A DNA stretch of 64,000 nt from Candidatus Eiseniibacteriota bacterium. Lineage in GTDB: Bacteria > Arandabacterota > Arandabacteria > Arandabacterales > Arandabacteraceae. Shown here one piece after another: positions 36,935-45,702 of the stretch. A model generated the notes under the pieces. That model did no database searches. It had not been told where the DNA came from and saw only the letters and a list, made by a program, of their open reading frames with translations. The stretch spans positions 1 to 64,000 of the forward strand of contig JBDRNT010000161.1 in assembly GCA_043810925.1 (NCBI GenBank), read 5' to 3'. The position numbers and the translations under genes were made by a program. Numbering within the stretch: the first letter of the stretch is position 1; every line of letters starts with the position of its first letter.

Positions 36935-37336
36935 GTGAGACTGACTACCAAGAGTGAGTATTCGCTGCTGGCACTGATCTACATAGCCCGGGCCGGAAAG
37001 AATACCTATGTCAAGATCGAGGATATCTGCCGGGAGCACGACATCTCGAAGAAGTATCTGGAGCACCTTCTTATGATTCTCAGGCAGAATCGATATCTGC
37101 GGACTCGAAGAGGAGCACGCGGAGGCTACGCTCTTGCCAAGCCGGCGTCAAAGATCAGCGTAGCCCAGGTCATAAGGCTGATGGATGGTGCTCTGGCTCC
37201 TACCGAGTCGGTCAGCATGTATTTCTACTCGGAGACTCCGCTGATGAATGAGAAGAAGATAATCGCTGTCTTTAAGGACATCCGCGATTACGCATCAAAG
37301 CGATTGGAGAGCCTTAAGCTGTCGCATCTGGTCTAG
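36935..37336 (+). CDS. Rrf2-family regulator lacking the C-terminal Fe-S cysteines (CymR-like)
   Basis: TKSEYSLLAL, ISKKYLEHLL, RGARGGYALAK and IRLMDGALAP. Confidence 0.92.
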   Translation: MRLTTKSEYSLLALIYIARAGKNTYVKIEDICREHDISKKYLEHLLMILRQNRYLRTRRGARGGYALAKPASKISVAQVIRLMDGALAPTESVSMYFYSETPLMNEKKIIAVFKDIRDYASKRLESLKLSHLV

Positions 37337-37602
37337 CGAACATCGTATGGGAATAGGTCGCCGCACGAACGCAAGAAGCAGGTGACTCAAGTGGATGAGA
37401 AGCTGATACTTCTAATGCCCCTGGCCTTTGCGTTTTTCCACCACGGTGTCCGCAACGTCGATTTCAACCCATGTTCCAAGGACACGAAGCCTGCCGCCGT
37501 CCTCTCATCACCCGGCGATAGTCCCGAATCTCGGCCGTCTCACTCCGGTGAGAGTCTCTCTACGCAGACAGGGCAACTGACGCTGGACAAGGCAGAAGCC
37601 AA

Positions 37603-38481
37603 ATGAGCACCTCCAGGATAGTCATTGCCAGTGGAAAGGGAGGCTCCGGGAAGACCACGGTGGCGACGGCGCTCGTGATGACACTTATGAGGGAGATGCC
37701 GGAAGTCCAGCTGGTCGACTGCGACGTCGAGGGACCCGACGCCGCCCTGTTTCTCAAGCCCGAGATCGAGAGTTCAACTCCACTGACCATAGACTTTCCT
37801 GAGATCGCTGCGTCTCAATGCTCCGGGTGTGGTGACTGTCAGTCTGTCTGCCAGTTCGGGGGAGTCAGCGTCGTATCGGGGGTAGCCGAGCATTACAGCG
37901 ACCTTTGCCATGCCTGTGGTGGTTGCAGCCTTGCGTGTCATGCCGGTGCCATCACCGAGAAGAAGAAGCGTATCGGTGTGATAGAAAGCGGGAGAAGAGA
38001 AAATGTGGTCTTCCACAGAGGTGTCCTTGACGTCGGGCGCCATATGGTCACTCCCATAATACGTGGACTGAAATCTATAGCGCGTGGCGACTTACCTACG
38101 ATACTGGATTCCGGTCCGGGGACTGTCTCACCAGTGATCGCGACTATCAAAGACTGTGACTACTGCATTTTGGTCACGGAGCCGTCACCGTTTGGGTTGT
38201 ACGACCTTAGAATCGCCGTAAGGCTCGCCGGTGAGATCGGCGTCCCCACCGGGATCGTCATAAACAAGGATGAGGCTTGGAGCTCCAACATTGAGCAATA
38301 TGCATCTGAGATGGACATTCCCATAATTCTGCGTATACCTTTCCGGCGGGAGATCGCCTCCTTATGCTCCAGGGGCATCCCTCTCACCGAGGTGGCCTCC
38401 TCGTGGGATGAGGCGTTTTGGGACATGTATGCAAGAGTTGAGAGGACGATATGGGAAAGCCGACCGAGATCGCCGTTATAA
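37603..38481 (+). CDS. MinD-like ATPase with ferredoxin insert (paralog of 33759-34625)
   Basis: SGKGGSGKTT, DCDVEGPD and two 4Fe-4S motifs; long identical stretches with the paralog (KDCDYCILVTEP). Confidence 0.9.
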   Translation: MSTSRIVIASGKGGSGKTTVATALVMTLMREMPEVQLVDCDVEGPDAALFLKPEIESSTPLTIDFPEIAASQCSGCGDCQSVCQFGGVSVVSGVAEHYSDLCHACGGCSLACHAGAITEKKKRIGVIESGRRENVVFHRGVLDVGRHMVTPIIRGLKSIARGDLPTILDSGPGTVSPVIATIKDCDYCILVTEPSPFGLYDLRIAVRLAGEIGVPTGIVINKDEAWSSNIEQYASEMDIPIILRIPFRREIASLCSRGIPLTEVASSWDEAFWDMYARVERTIWESRPRSPL

Positions 38482-39356
38482 GTGGTAAGGGGGGTGCCGG
38501 GAAGACGGTACTCGCGGCATCCCTTGCCAAGAGCACTCCGGGCAGTGTGGTGGCTGATTGTGATGTCGATACCCCGAACATGCATCTCTTGCTGAAACCC
38601 AATCTCATGAGCGAACACGCGTTCTTCGGCGAGAAGACAGCTGTTATGGACGGCGAGCTTTGCACACGTTGCGGAGATTGCTTCAGAACATGCCGCTTCG
38701 GTGCGATAAGAGAAATAGACATACCTGCCGGTTGGTCGTATTCCGTAGACGCTTTGTCCTGCGAGGGGTGCGGCGTATGCACTATGGTGTGCCCCGAAGA
38801 CGCCATCCTCATGAAAGACGCACGCGCAGGTGCTTGGTGTGTGTCGAGTTGGGACTTGGGGCCATTTGTTCATGCACACCTGACTTCTGCCCGGAAGAAC
38901 ACTGAAACACTCGTCAGAATCCTCCGGCGAGAGGCCAGCAAGATAGCGGGTCGCGAGGGACGGAGACACATAATAATCGATGGGCCTGCCGGTATAGGGG
39001 CCACCGTAGTTGCTGCGGTTGAAGGGGTCTCGCTCGCCGTGGTGGTAACTGAGCCCACTGTGTCCGGGATTAACGATCTGCGCAGGCTGATACGCCTTGT
39101 GCAGCAGATTGGCATAAGAACAGCCGCGGTGATAAACAAGTACGACCTGAATACAGAGGTCACCCTGGCAATCGAGGAATACCTGTCAATCAACGGTGTC
39201 CCGCTCCTGGGCAAGATCTGCTTCAGCACTGAACTCAATCGAGCAGTCGGAGCGGGCGAAGTCGTCGTTAATGCCGGGGACGATTCAGCAACACAGGCAC
39301 TCAGGGGAATATCCAACCGGATACTTGGACTCGCGGCCCGAGAAGTGCAGACATGA
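38451..39356 (+). CDS. MinD-like ATPase with ferredoxin insert (paralog of 34604-35518)
   Basis: SGKGGAGKT, DCDVDTPN, two 4Fe-4S motifs and VTEPTVSG. Confidence 0.9.
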   Translation: MGKPTEIAVISGKGGAGKTVLAASLAKSTPGSVVADCDVDTPNMHLLLKPNLMSEHAFFGEKTAVMDGELCTRCGDCFRTCRFGAIREIDIPAGWSYSVDALSCEGCGVCTMVCPEDAILMKDARAGAWCVSSWDLGPFVHAHLTSARKNTETLVRILRREASKIAGREGRRHIIIDGPAGIGATVVAAVEGVSLAVVVTEPTVSGINDLRRLIRLVQQIGIRTAAVINKYDLNTEVTLAIEEYLSINGVPLLGKICFSTELNRAVGAGEVVVNAGDDSATQALRGISNRILGLAAREVQT

Positions 39357-41326
39357 AGCACTCACTGAGAACCAAGTTGATAGTCAGTTTCGTGGCCGTC
39401 ATCGCCACCAGCGGCATCGTCACTGTATGGGTAGGGACCCAGATGATCGGTGACGAAATCATAGGACGTGCACAGGAGAAGGTCCGCACCGACCTCAATT
39501 CTGCAAGGGAGATATACACACATCGGGTGGATCGGATCAGCGAGGTTGTGCGCCTGACATCCATCAGATTCTTCCTTAGACAGGGTCTTACCGGCAACAA
39601 CCCGGAGATTATGGAGAACGAGCTGATGAAGATCCGGGAGACCGAGGGTCTGGACATTCTCACGATCACCGACAAGGATGGCGTAGTTGTCTTCAGAGCA
39701 CGAAACCCAGAAGTCCGCCATGATGCTCCGACCGGCGACGAGATTCTTACAGAGGCTCTGGTCAAGGAAGAATTGGTCGCCGGAACACAAATCGTTACCA
39801 GCCAAGAGCTGGAGAAAGAGGGAACCGACTTGATGGAGCGTGCCCATATCGGAATTATTCCGACACCGAGGGCAAGGCCCAGGCCGGAAGATGAAGAAAC
39901 CTCGGGGATAGCCTGCAAGGCCGCCGCTCCTGTATTTGACTATGATGGCACGTTAATAGGGGTTCTTTATGGCGCCACACTGCTGAATCGCAACTATGAG
40001 ATTGTCGACGCCGTGAAGGCCGTTGTTTACCAGGGTGAGACGTATAAGGGCAGAGACACAGGTACAGTAACGATCTTCCAGGGAGACCTCCGCATATCCA
40101 CGAACGTGCTCGATTCAAGTAACTCGCGTGCCATTGGGACCAGGGTCTCAGAAGAAGTGTATAACCAGGTCATCATCAAGGGGGCACCGTGGATGGCCAG
40201 GGCTTTTGTTGTTAACGATTGGTATATAACCGCATATGAGCCTCTCAAGAGCATCAGGGGAGAGATTATCGGTATGCTATACGTCGGGCTGCTCGAGGCC
40301 CCGTACACCGATCTCAGGAACCGCGTTGTACTCACGTTTTCAGGCATCGCGGTGGCAACCGTCGTTCTCCTGTCGATTGTCGTGTACTTCACTACGTCGA
40401 GTATTGTAAGCCCGCTGCGAAGGCTCCTGCATGCGACTGAGAGGATCGCGCGGGGATATCTTGCCTACAGGGTCAAGGTTACCTCCGATGACGAGCTCGG
40501 CCAGCTCGCCAGGTCTTTCAACACAATGACAGAAGAACTGGAGAAGACCACCGCCGACTATGTCGAGCTGAACCAAAAACTTGAGGAGCAGGTCCTCGAG
40601 CGGACCAAGAAACTCGAGGAGGCACAGGATCAGCTTGTTCAAACGGAGAAGCTGACCTCGCTAGGCAAGATGGCTGCCGGGATAGCACATGAGATAAACA
40701 ATCCCCTGACTTCTATTCTGATCAATAGCCATCTTGCAGTGGAAAATCTGAAGGACAAAGAGGATCTTGACGGGAATCTCAAGTTGATCATCGACGAAAC
40801 CACAAGGTGCAGCGAGATCGTAAGGGGATTACTAGAGTTCTCCAGACAGACCGCCCCCAGGTTGGGACCTGTCAATGTCAACCACCTGATCGATCAGACC
40901 CTTCTGCTCCTCAAAAGCCACGTTATGGCTAAGCGAGTCAACATCCGGCTGGATCCGGGCGACAATCTGCCCACGATGATCATAGACATGAACAAGATGA
41001 AGCAGGTTTTCACGAACATTATATTGAATGCGCTCGACGCAATGATTGAGGGTGGAACACTCACAATTCGGTCGCGGCTCTCGGGAGATAAGCAGTCCGT
41101 AAACATTGAATTCGAGGACACCGGTTGCGGCATACCCGATGACGTGCTGGTAAGGGTATTTGATCCGTTTTTCAGTACCAAGGAAACGGGTGGCACAGGG
41201 CTGGGTCTTGCCGTCAGCTATGGAATTGTGGAACTACATAAGGGAAAGATCGACATTCAAAGCAGGGTGGGGATAGGGACAATCGTCACGGTCACTCTCC
41301 CCATAAGCGCGATTGAACCCGCATGA
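39353..41326 (+). CDS. Cache-domain/HAMP sensor histidine kinase (NtrB-type)
   Basis: Two TMs; TIFQGDLRISTNV..RAIGTRVSEEV (Cache); a HAMP domain; AGIAHEINNPL, NALDAM and GTGLGL. Confidence 0.94.
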   Translation: MKHSLRTKLIVSFVAVIATSGIVTVWVGTQMIGDEIIGRAQEKVRTDLNSAREIYTHRVDRISEVVRLTSIRFFLRQGLTGNNPEIMENELMKIRETEGLDILTITDKDGVVVFRARNPEVRHDAPTGDEILTEALVKEELVAGTQIVTSQELEKEGTDLMERAHIGIIPTPRARPRPEDEETSGIACKAAAPVFDYDGTLIGVLYGATLLNRNYEIVDAVKAVVYQGETYKGRDTGTVTIFQGDLRISTNVLDSSNSRAIGTRVSEEVYNQVIIKGAPWMARAFVVNDWYITAYEPLKSIRGEIIGMLYVGLLEAPYTDLRNRVVLTFSGIAVATVVLLSIVVYFTTSSIVSPLRRLLHATERIARGYLAYRVKVTSDDELGQLARSFNTMTEELEKTTADYVELNQKLEEQVLERTKKLEEAQDQLVQTEKLTSLGKMAAGIAHEINNPLTSILINSHLAVENLKDKEDLDGNLKLIIDETTRCSEIVRGLLEFSRQTAPRLGPVNVNHLIDQTLLLLKSHVMAKRVNIRLDPGDNLPTMIIDMNKMKQVFTNIILNALDAMIEGGTLTIRSRLSGDKQSVNIEFEDTGCGIPDDVLVRVFDPFFSTKETGGTGLGLAVSYGIVELHKGKIDIQSRVGIGTIVTVTLPISAIEPA

Positions 41327-41427
41327 TCCTGCAACTGTGAAGCGGGAGAAAGGACACCTATCTGATCTCAGGCATCGGAGAATGATGCGGCTCGTGAGAC
41401 CCAAAGATTATAGGGAGGTGAGCAACA

Positions 41428-42186
41428 ATGGGAAAACCAATTAGGATTCTGGTCGTGGACGATGAGTTACCTGTCTGTCAGAGCGTTTCGAGTGCGCTGG
41501 CTATCGAAGATTACACGGTCGAAATGGCGCTCAGCGGTGAGGAGGCCCTTGAGAAACAGGCAAGGTCGCCATACGATGTCGTCATTACGGACCTGATGAT
41601 GCCGGGATTGAGCGGTATGGATCTTCTGAGAACAGTGACGAGGGATAGGCCCGAAACCAAGGTCATAATGATTACGGGGTACCCGTCCATTAAATCTGCG
41701 GTTGAGGCCACAAAGCTAGGCGCTTTTGACTATATTCCCAAGCCATTCACTCCGGATGAACTGCGTAGTCTGGTATCCCGGGCCATCAAGAGTAAACGCT
41801 ATCATGAGACTCAGAAGATTACCCCTCCTCCCGGTATCTACTGCATGCCTGAAAACTCTTGGGCCGCTGTTGAAGAAAATCACAGGGTGCGGATCGGGGT
41901 CCACCACCTCTTCCTCCGGACCATTGATAGAGTGATCTCCATTGAGCTTCCAGAAGTAGGCGCTACGCGATATCAGGGAGAGGTCTGCGCGAGATTGCAT
42001 GATTCCCGTGGTCATGTCCACAAACTATGGGCACCTGTCTGTGGAGTAGTCACTGCGATAAACGACCAATCCGGGGCTGACTACTCCTCTCTGATCAAAG
42101 ACCCTTATGCTGAGGGGTGGTTGTTCGTGGTCGCACCCACAGATCTCGAAACCGACCTGAAAAACCTTGTAAAGGTGACTCCGTAG
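41428..42186 (+). CDS. Response regulator receiver fused to a glycine-cleavage-H-like domain
   Basis: REC (VVDDE, ITDLMMPG, YIPKPF) plus a GcvH fold (SWA..VRIGV..ELPEVG..LWAPVCGVV..DPYAEGWL). Confidence 0.85.
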   Translation: MGKPIRILVVDDELPVCQSVSSALAIEDYTVEMALSGEEALEKQARSPYDVVITDLMMPGLSGMDLLRTVTRDRPETKVIMITGYPSIKSAVEATKLGAFDYIPKPFTPDELRSLVSRAIKSKRYHETQKITPPPGIYCMPENSWAAVEENHRVRIGVHHLFLRTIDRVISIELPEVGATRYQGEVCARLHDSRGHVHKLWAPVCGVVTAINDQSGADYSSLIKDPYAEGWLFVVAPTDLETDLKNLVKVTP

Positions 42187-42226
42187 GTGCCGCCAGGACG
42201 AAGACCGGTCGAGGATCGAAGGTTCT

Positions 42227-43588
42227 ATGCCTGAAAACTTGAGCATATTGGTCATTGACGACGACAAGATCATACGCGATTCCTGCCGTCAGGTACTGTC
42301 CCGGAGCAAGTATAGCACGGAAGTTGCGGGAGACGGGCCTGAAGGCCTTGAATTGATGAAACGCGAGGTGTTTGACATAGTCGTTCTTGACCTGAAACTG
42401 CCGAGTATGGACGGCTTGGATGTTCTGAAAAGGATAGAAAGTGACAGCCCCGATACAATCGTGATTGTGATTACCGGCTACGCCACCGTTGAGTCGGCCG
42501 TGCAAGCAATGAAACTGGGAGCATATGACTTCGTTCCCAAACCTTTTACACCCGATGAACTACGAGCAGTCGTTCGCAGGGCGGCTGAAAAACGACGCCT
42601 TACGGCAGAGAACATCTACCTTCGTGACCAGTTGGATGCATATGTAGGATTGGATGAGATAATCGGGGAAAGCAAGCCGATGGCCACGATAAAGGAATTG
42701 ATAAGAAGGGTGGGACCCACTGACAGCACTGTTCTGATTTCCGGCGAAAGCGGCACCGGCAAGGATGTGGTAGCCCGGGCAATCCACTATCATAGCGCGC
42801 AGAAGGATACGCCTTTTGTAGTTGTAGACTGTGGCGGCATTGTGCCAACTCTGTTCGAAAGCGAGCTATTCGGCCATGTTCGAGGCGCCTTCACCGGAGC
42901 GGTCTTCTCAAGGAAAGGAAAACTCGAGTTAGCAAACGAAGGGACTGTATTCTTCGATGAAATAGGCAATATCGATATGAACACCCAGGGAAAACTCCTG
43001 CGGGTAATTCAGGAGAGAGAAATCACCAGGGTCGGCAGCAATCAGACTGTCAAGATAGAGGTGAGAATCGTTTCTGCTACAAACAAGGATCTTGGGCTCG
43101 CCATAAAGGATGAGACGTTTCGTGAGGACTTGTTTTACCGATTGAGTGTCATACCCATTTATCTTCCGCCTTTGAGGCAGAGGAAGGATGACATCGCCTT
43201 GTTGGCAGCATATTTCCTCGACAAGTGCAGCCGGAAGAAGAGCAAGAAGATAAAGGGCATGTCACGTGAGGCCATGCAAGAACTCCGCAGATATGACTGG
43301 CCGGGGAATGTACGCGAATTGCAGAATACTATCGAGCGCGCCGTGGTACTGGCAAAGAGAGACATTATAGGTCCTTCCGACCTCTTTTACTACCCGATCG
43401 GGGAGACGCCGGGCACCAGGGATCCGTCCTTTGCCTCGCTGGAAAAGGAACATTTGACCAAGATCCTCGAGGAGTGCACTTATAATAAGACCAAAGCGGC
43501 CGCTCTGCTCGAAATCGACCGCAAGACCCTCCGAGCAAGAATCAAGAAGTACGGCATCCCGGACCGGGGAGAAACTCCCCACGACTGA
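42227..43588 (+). CDS. NtrC-family sigma54-dependent response regulator
   Basis: REC plus [33 protein letters not shown] and an HTH. Confidence 0.95.
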   Translation: MPENLSILVIDDDKIIRDSCRQVLSRSKYSTEVAGDGPEGLELMKREVFDIVVLDLKLPSMDGLDVLKRIESDSPDTIVIVITGYATVESAVQAMKLGAYDFVPKPFTPDELRAVVRRAAEKRRLTAENIYLRDQLDAYVGLDEIIGESKPMATIKELIRRVGPTDSTVLISGESGTGKDVVARAIHYHSAQKDTPFVVVDCGGIVPTLFESELFGHVRGAFTGAVFSRKGKLELANEGTVFFDEIGNIDMNTQGKLLRVIQEREITRVGSNQTVKIEVRIVSATNKDLGLAIKDETFREDLFYRLSVIPIYLPPLRQRKDDIALLAAYFLDKCSRKKSKKIKGMSREAMQELRRYDWPGNVRELQNTIERAVVLAKRDIIGPSDLFYYPIGETPGTRDPSFASLEKEHLTKILEECTYNKTKAAALLEIDRKTLRARIKKYGIPDRGETPHD

Positions 43589-43730
43589 GGCGGAATTCCC
43601 CGGAAGCCGGCAGTCCCACCGCCGGTAAGCGCCTTCATTCGGACAGAATTTTGACGCTGTAACCCATTATGTCCCAAGTGGATACACGCACGTGCTGACC
43701 CGTACCCGCTGATTTGTCACGAAGTTTGCA
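43566..43730 (+). promoter_or_regulatory. Putative tandem UAS and degenerate sigma54 promoter
   Basis: GGGGAGAAACTCCCC (43566) and GAGGCGGAATTCCCC (43587); TGTCACGAAGTTTGCA (43715-43730) has GT in place of the invariant GG. Confidence 0.5.
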
Positions 43731-43746
43731 TATAGGCGAAAGTGCC

Positions 43747-44898
43747 ATGAAGACTCCAACGATACTTGTAATCGACGATGATAAGGGGATGCTTGAGTCC
43801 TGCTCCCGCATATTCGCTGGTAGCGAGTACCATGTCAGTACTGCAGGAGACGGGGCAAGCGGCCTCAGGCAGGTCCGGGAACTCAAACCCGACATAGCTT
43901 TGATCGACCTCAACATGCCCGGCCGCAACGGCATCGAGGTCCTTGAGGAGATAAGAGAGATCGATCCAACCATTGTACCCATAGTGATCACAGGATACCC
44001 GAGTACGGAGAACGCGGTAGCCGCTATGAAAAGGGGCGCATACGATTTCGTACCAAAGCCCTTCACGCCAAAGGAACTCCGGTCAATCACCCGACGAGGA
44101 CTGGAAACACGGCGCCAGGCCCTTGAATCCGCAGCAGTCCAGCACCAGAAGGAAAAAGCGAAAGAGCTTCTTGTCAGCATTGTATCCCATCAGCTTCGGA
44201 GCCCGCTGACCGCCGTCCAGGGTTACTTCGATCTGATTCTGGGCGATTTTGTCACTGATCCGCTTGAACAGAGACGCATCATGGAACAGGTACGCACACG
44301 AATCCGCGCACTCCTCGAAATGATCAACGACTGGCTGAAGATGGCCGAGGTGGATGGCGCAACGCTTCGGAAGAACTTCGAATCATTGGACCTCGCTGCG
44401 GTTCTTATCGAGACGGTGGACTTCATGCAACCTCTCGCGATGGCCAAGGGAGTCGGTCTCAGCCTGGAGATTCCCGACGATCAGCTCTTTATCCGGGGGG
44501 ACAAGGAACTTCTGCAGGAGGTATTCACCAATCTGATCGACAACGGAATAAAGTATAACAGGCACGGTGGCAAGGTGGCTGTGAGTGCAAGATACAGCGC
44601 GAAACATCTGTTCATCGACGTCTCCGACACCGGGATAGGTATAACGAAGACCGATATCCCTTTCGTCTTCGACGAATTCTTTCGTGCTAAGAGTGAGGCG
44701 ACCCGACAGATTGCGGGCACCGGCCTGGGGCTGGCGATCGTGAAGAGAATGGTGGAAGCACACTCCGGCTCGATCGACGTGACCAGCGAACCCGGCAAAG
44801 GAAGTGTATTCACAGTCACGTTGCCAAGGCTGCACACGGGTGTTGGCGGCCGTCTGAGGAAGGAAGGCGCGAAATGGAAGCGAAGAAGAGAATCCTGA
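43747..44898 (+). CDS. Hybrid receiver-histidine kinase (cytoplasmic)
   Basis: REC plus VSHQLRSPL, NLIDNGIKY, DTGIGI and GTGLGL. Confidence 0.92.
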   Translation: MKTPTILVIDDDKGMLESCSRIFAGSEYHVSTAGDGASGLRQVRELKPDIALIDLNMPGRNGIEVLEEIREIDPTIVPIVITGYPSTENAVAAMKRGAYDFVPKPFTPKELRSITRRGLETRRQALESAAVQHQKEKAKELLVSIVSHQLRSPLTAVQGYFDLILGDFVTDPLEQRRIMEQVRTRIRALLEMINDWLKMAEVDGATLRKNFESLDLAAVLIETVDFMQPLAMAKGVGLSLEIPDDQLFIRGDKELLQEVFTNLIDNGIKYNRHGGKVAVSARYSAKHLFIDVSDTGIGITKTDIPFVFDEFFRAKSEATRQIAGTGLGLAIVKRMVEAHSGSIDVTSEPGKGSVFTVTLPRLHTGVGGRLRKEGAKWKRRRES

Positions 44899-45308
44899 TT
44901 GTTGACGATGACTCGGATTTCGTGTTCGTGACCAAGGCGGTACTCCAAAGCAAAGGCTACGAGTGCTCGTGCGCATACTCCGCCAAGGAGGGACTCCGGA
45001 AAATAAAGGAGACGAACCCGGACCTGATTGTCCTCGACATAATGATGGAAAGCCTCACAGCCGGCTTTCGTCTCCTCACCCAACTCAGAATGGCAAGAGA
45101 AGGCTCCGAGTATTTCAAATACTCCAAGGTCCCGGTATTGATTGTGTCCAACATAGAACGGGCCACGGGCAACAAGTACAAGTTCAAGGAGGTGGCAGGT
45201 ACAAGCCTTCTGCCTGTAGAGGGTTTCATCCGAAAGCCGGCACCGCCACTTCTGTTGTTACAGAAGGTGGAGGAATTGGTATCCAAGAGGTCGAACAAGT
45301 GCGTCTGA
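44874..45308 (+). CDS. Single-domain response regulator
   Basis: ILIVDDD, PDLIVLDIMM and FIRKP. Confidence 0.88.
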   Translation: MEAKKRILIVDDDSDFVFVTKAVLQSKGYECSCAYSAKEGLRKIKETNPDLIVLDIMMESLTAGFRLLTQLRMAREGSEYFKYSKVPVLIVSNIERATGNKYKFKEVAGTSLLPVEGFIRKPAPPLLLLQKVEELVSKRSNKCV

Positions 45309-45374
45309 GCATTACCTTCATAAACGCTGATAACGATCGTGGGCCTGCTGCGCAAGCACACATGGGAGGACGCG

Positions 45375-45683
45375 ATGAAGATCTTTCCTGACGGACAGAC
45401 GGTATCTCGCGGAGAGGTACACATAGTGGAGAGGCTGTGTAAAGGATGCGGGTTTTGCATTACCTATTGTCCGATGGACGTGCTGGAGATCTCTGAGAAG
45501 TTCAATGTGAAAGGATACCACTTTCCGGAGGTCCGGAAGCCGGAGCGTTGTGTGAACTGTGGACTATGTGGCCTGATTTGCCCGGATTTCGCAATCTGGT
45601 CGACTCTGAAGGAAGAGATAGATGTAAGCACGATCTTGAACCGGGGTCTTGTTGTCCACGCCCAGGGCGGGTCCGAGGAGTGA
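45375..45683 (+). CDS. 2[4Fe-4S] ferredoxin (2-oxoacid oxidoreductase delta-like)
   Basis: CKGCGFCITYCP..FNVKGYHFP..CVNCGLCGLICPDFAI; RBS GGAGG. Confidence 0.88.
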   Translation: MKIFPDGQTVSRGEVHIVERLCKGCGFCITYCPMDVLEISEKFNVKGYHFPEVRKPERCVNCGLCGLICPDFAIWSTLKEEIDVSTILNRGLVVHAQGGSEE

Positions 45684-45702
45684 CGGAGGGAATCGTATAC
45701 AG

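Noticed and set aside
37382-37606. 74-aa ORF overlapping the start of the second ATPase pair
   Set aside because: Weak start signals and no motif. The ATGA overlap is suggestive but insufficient.
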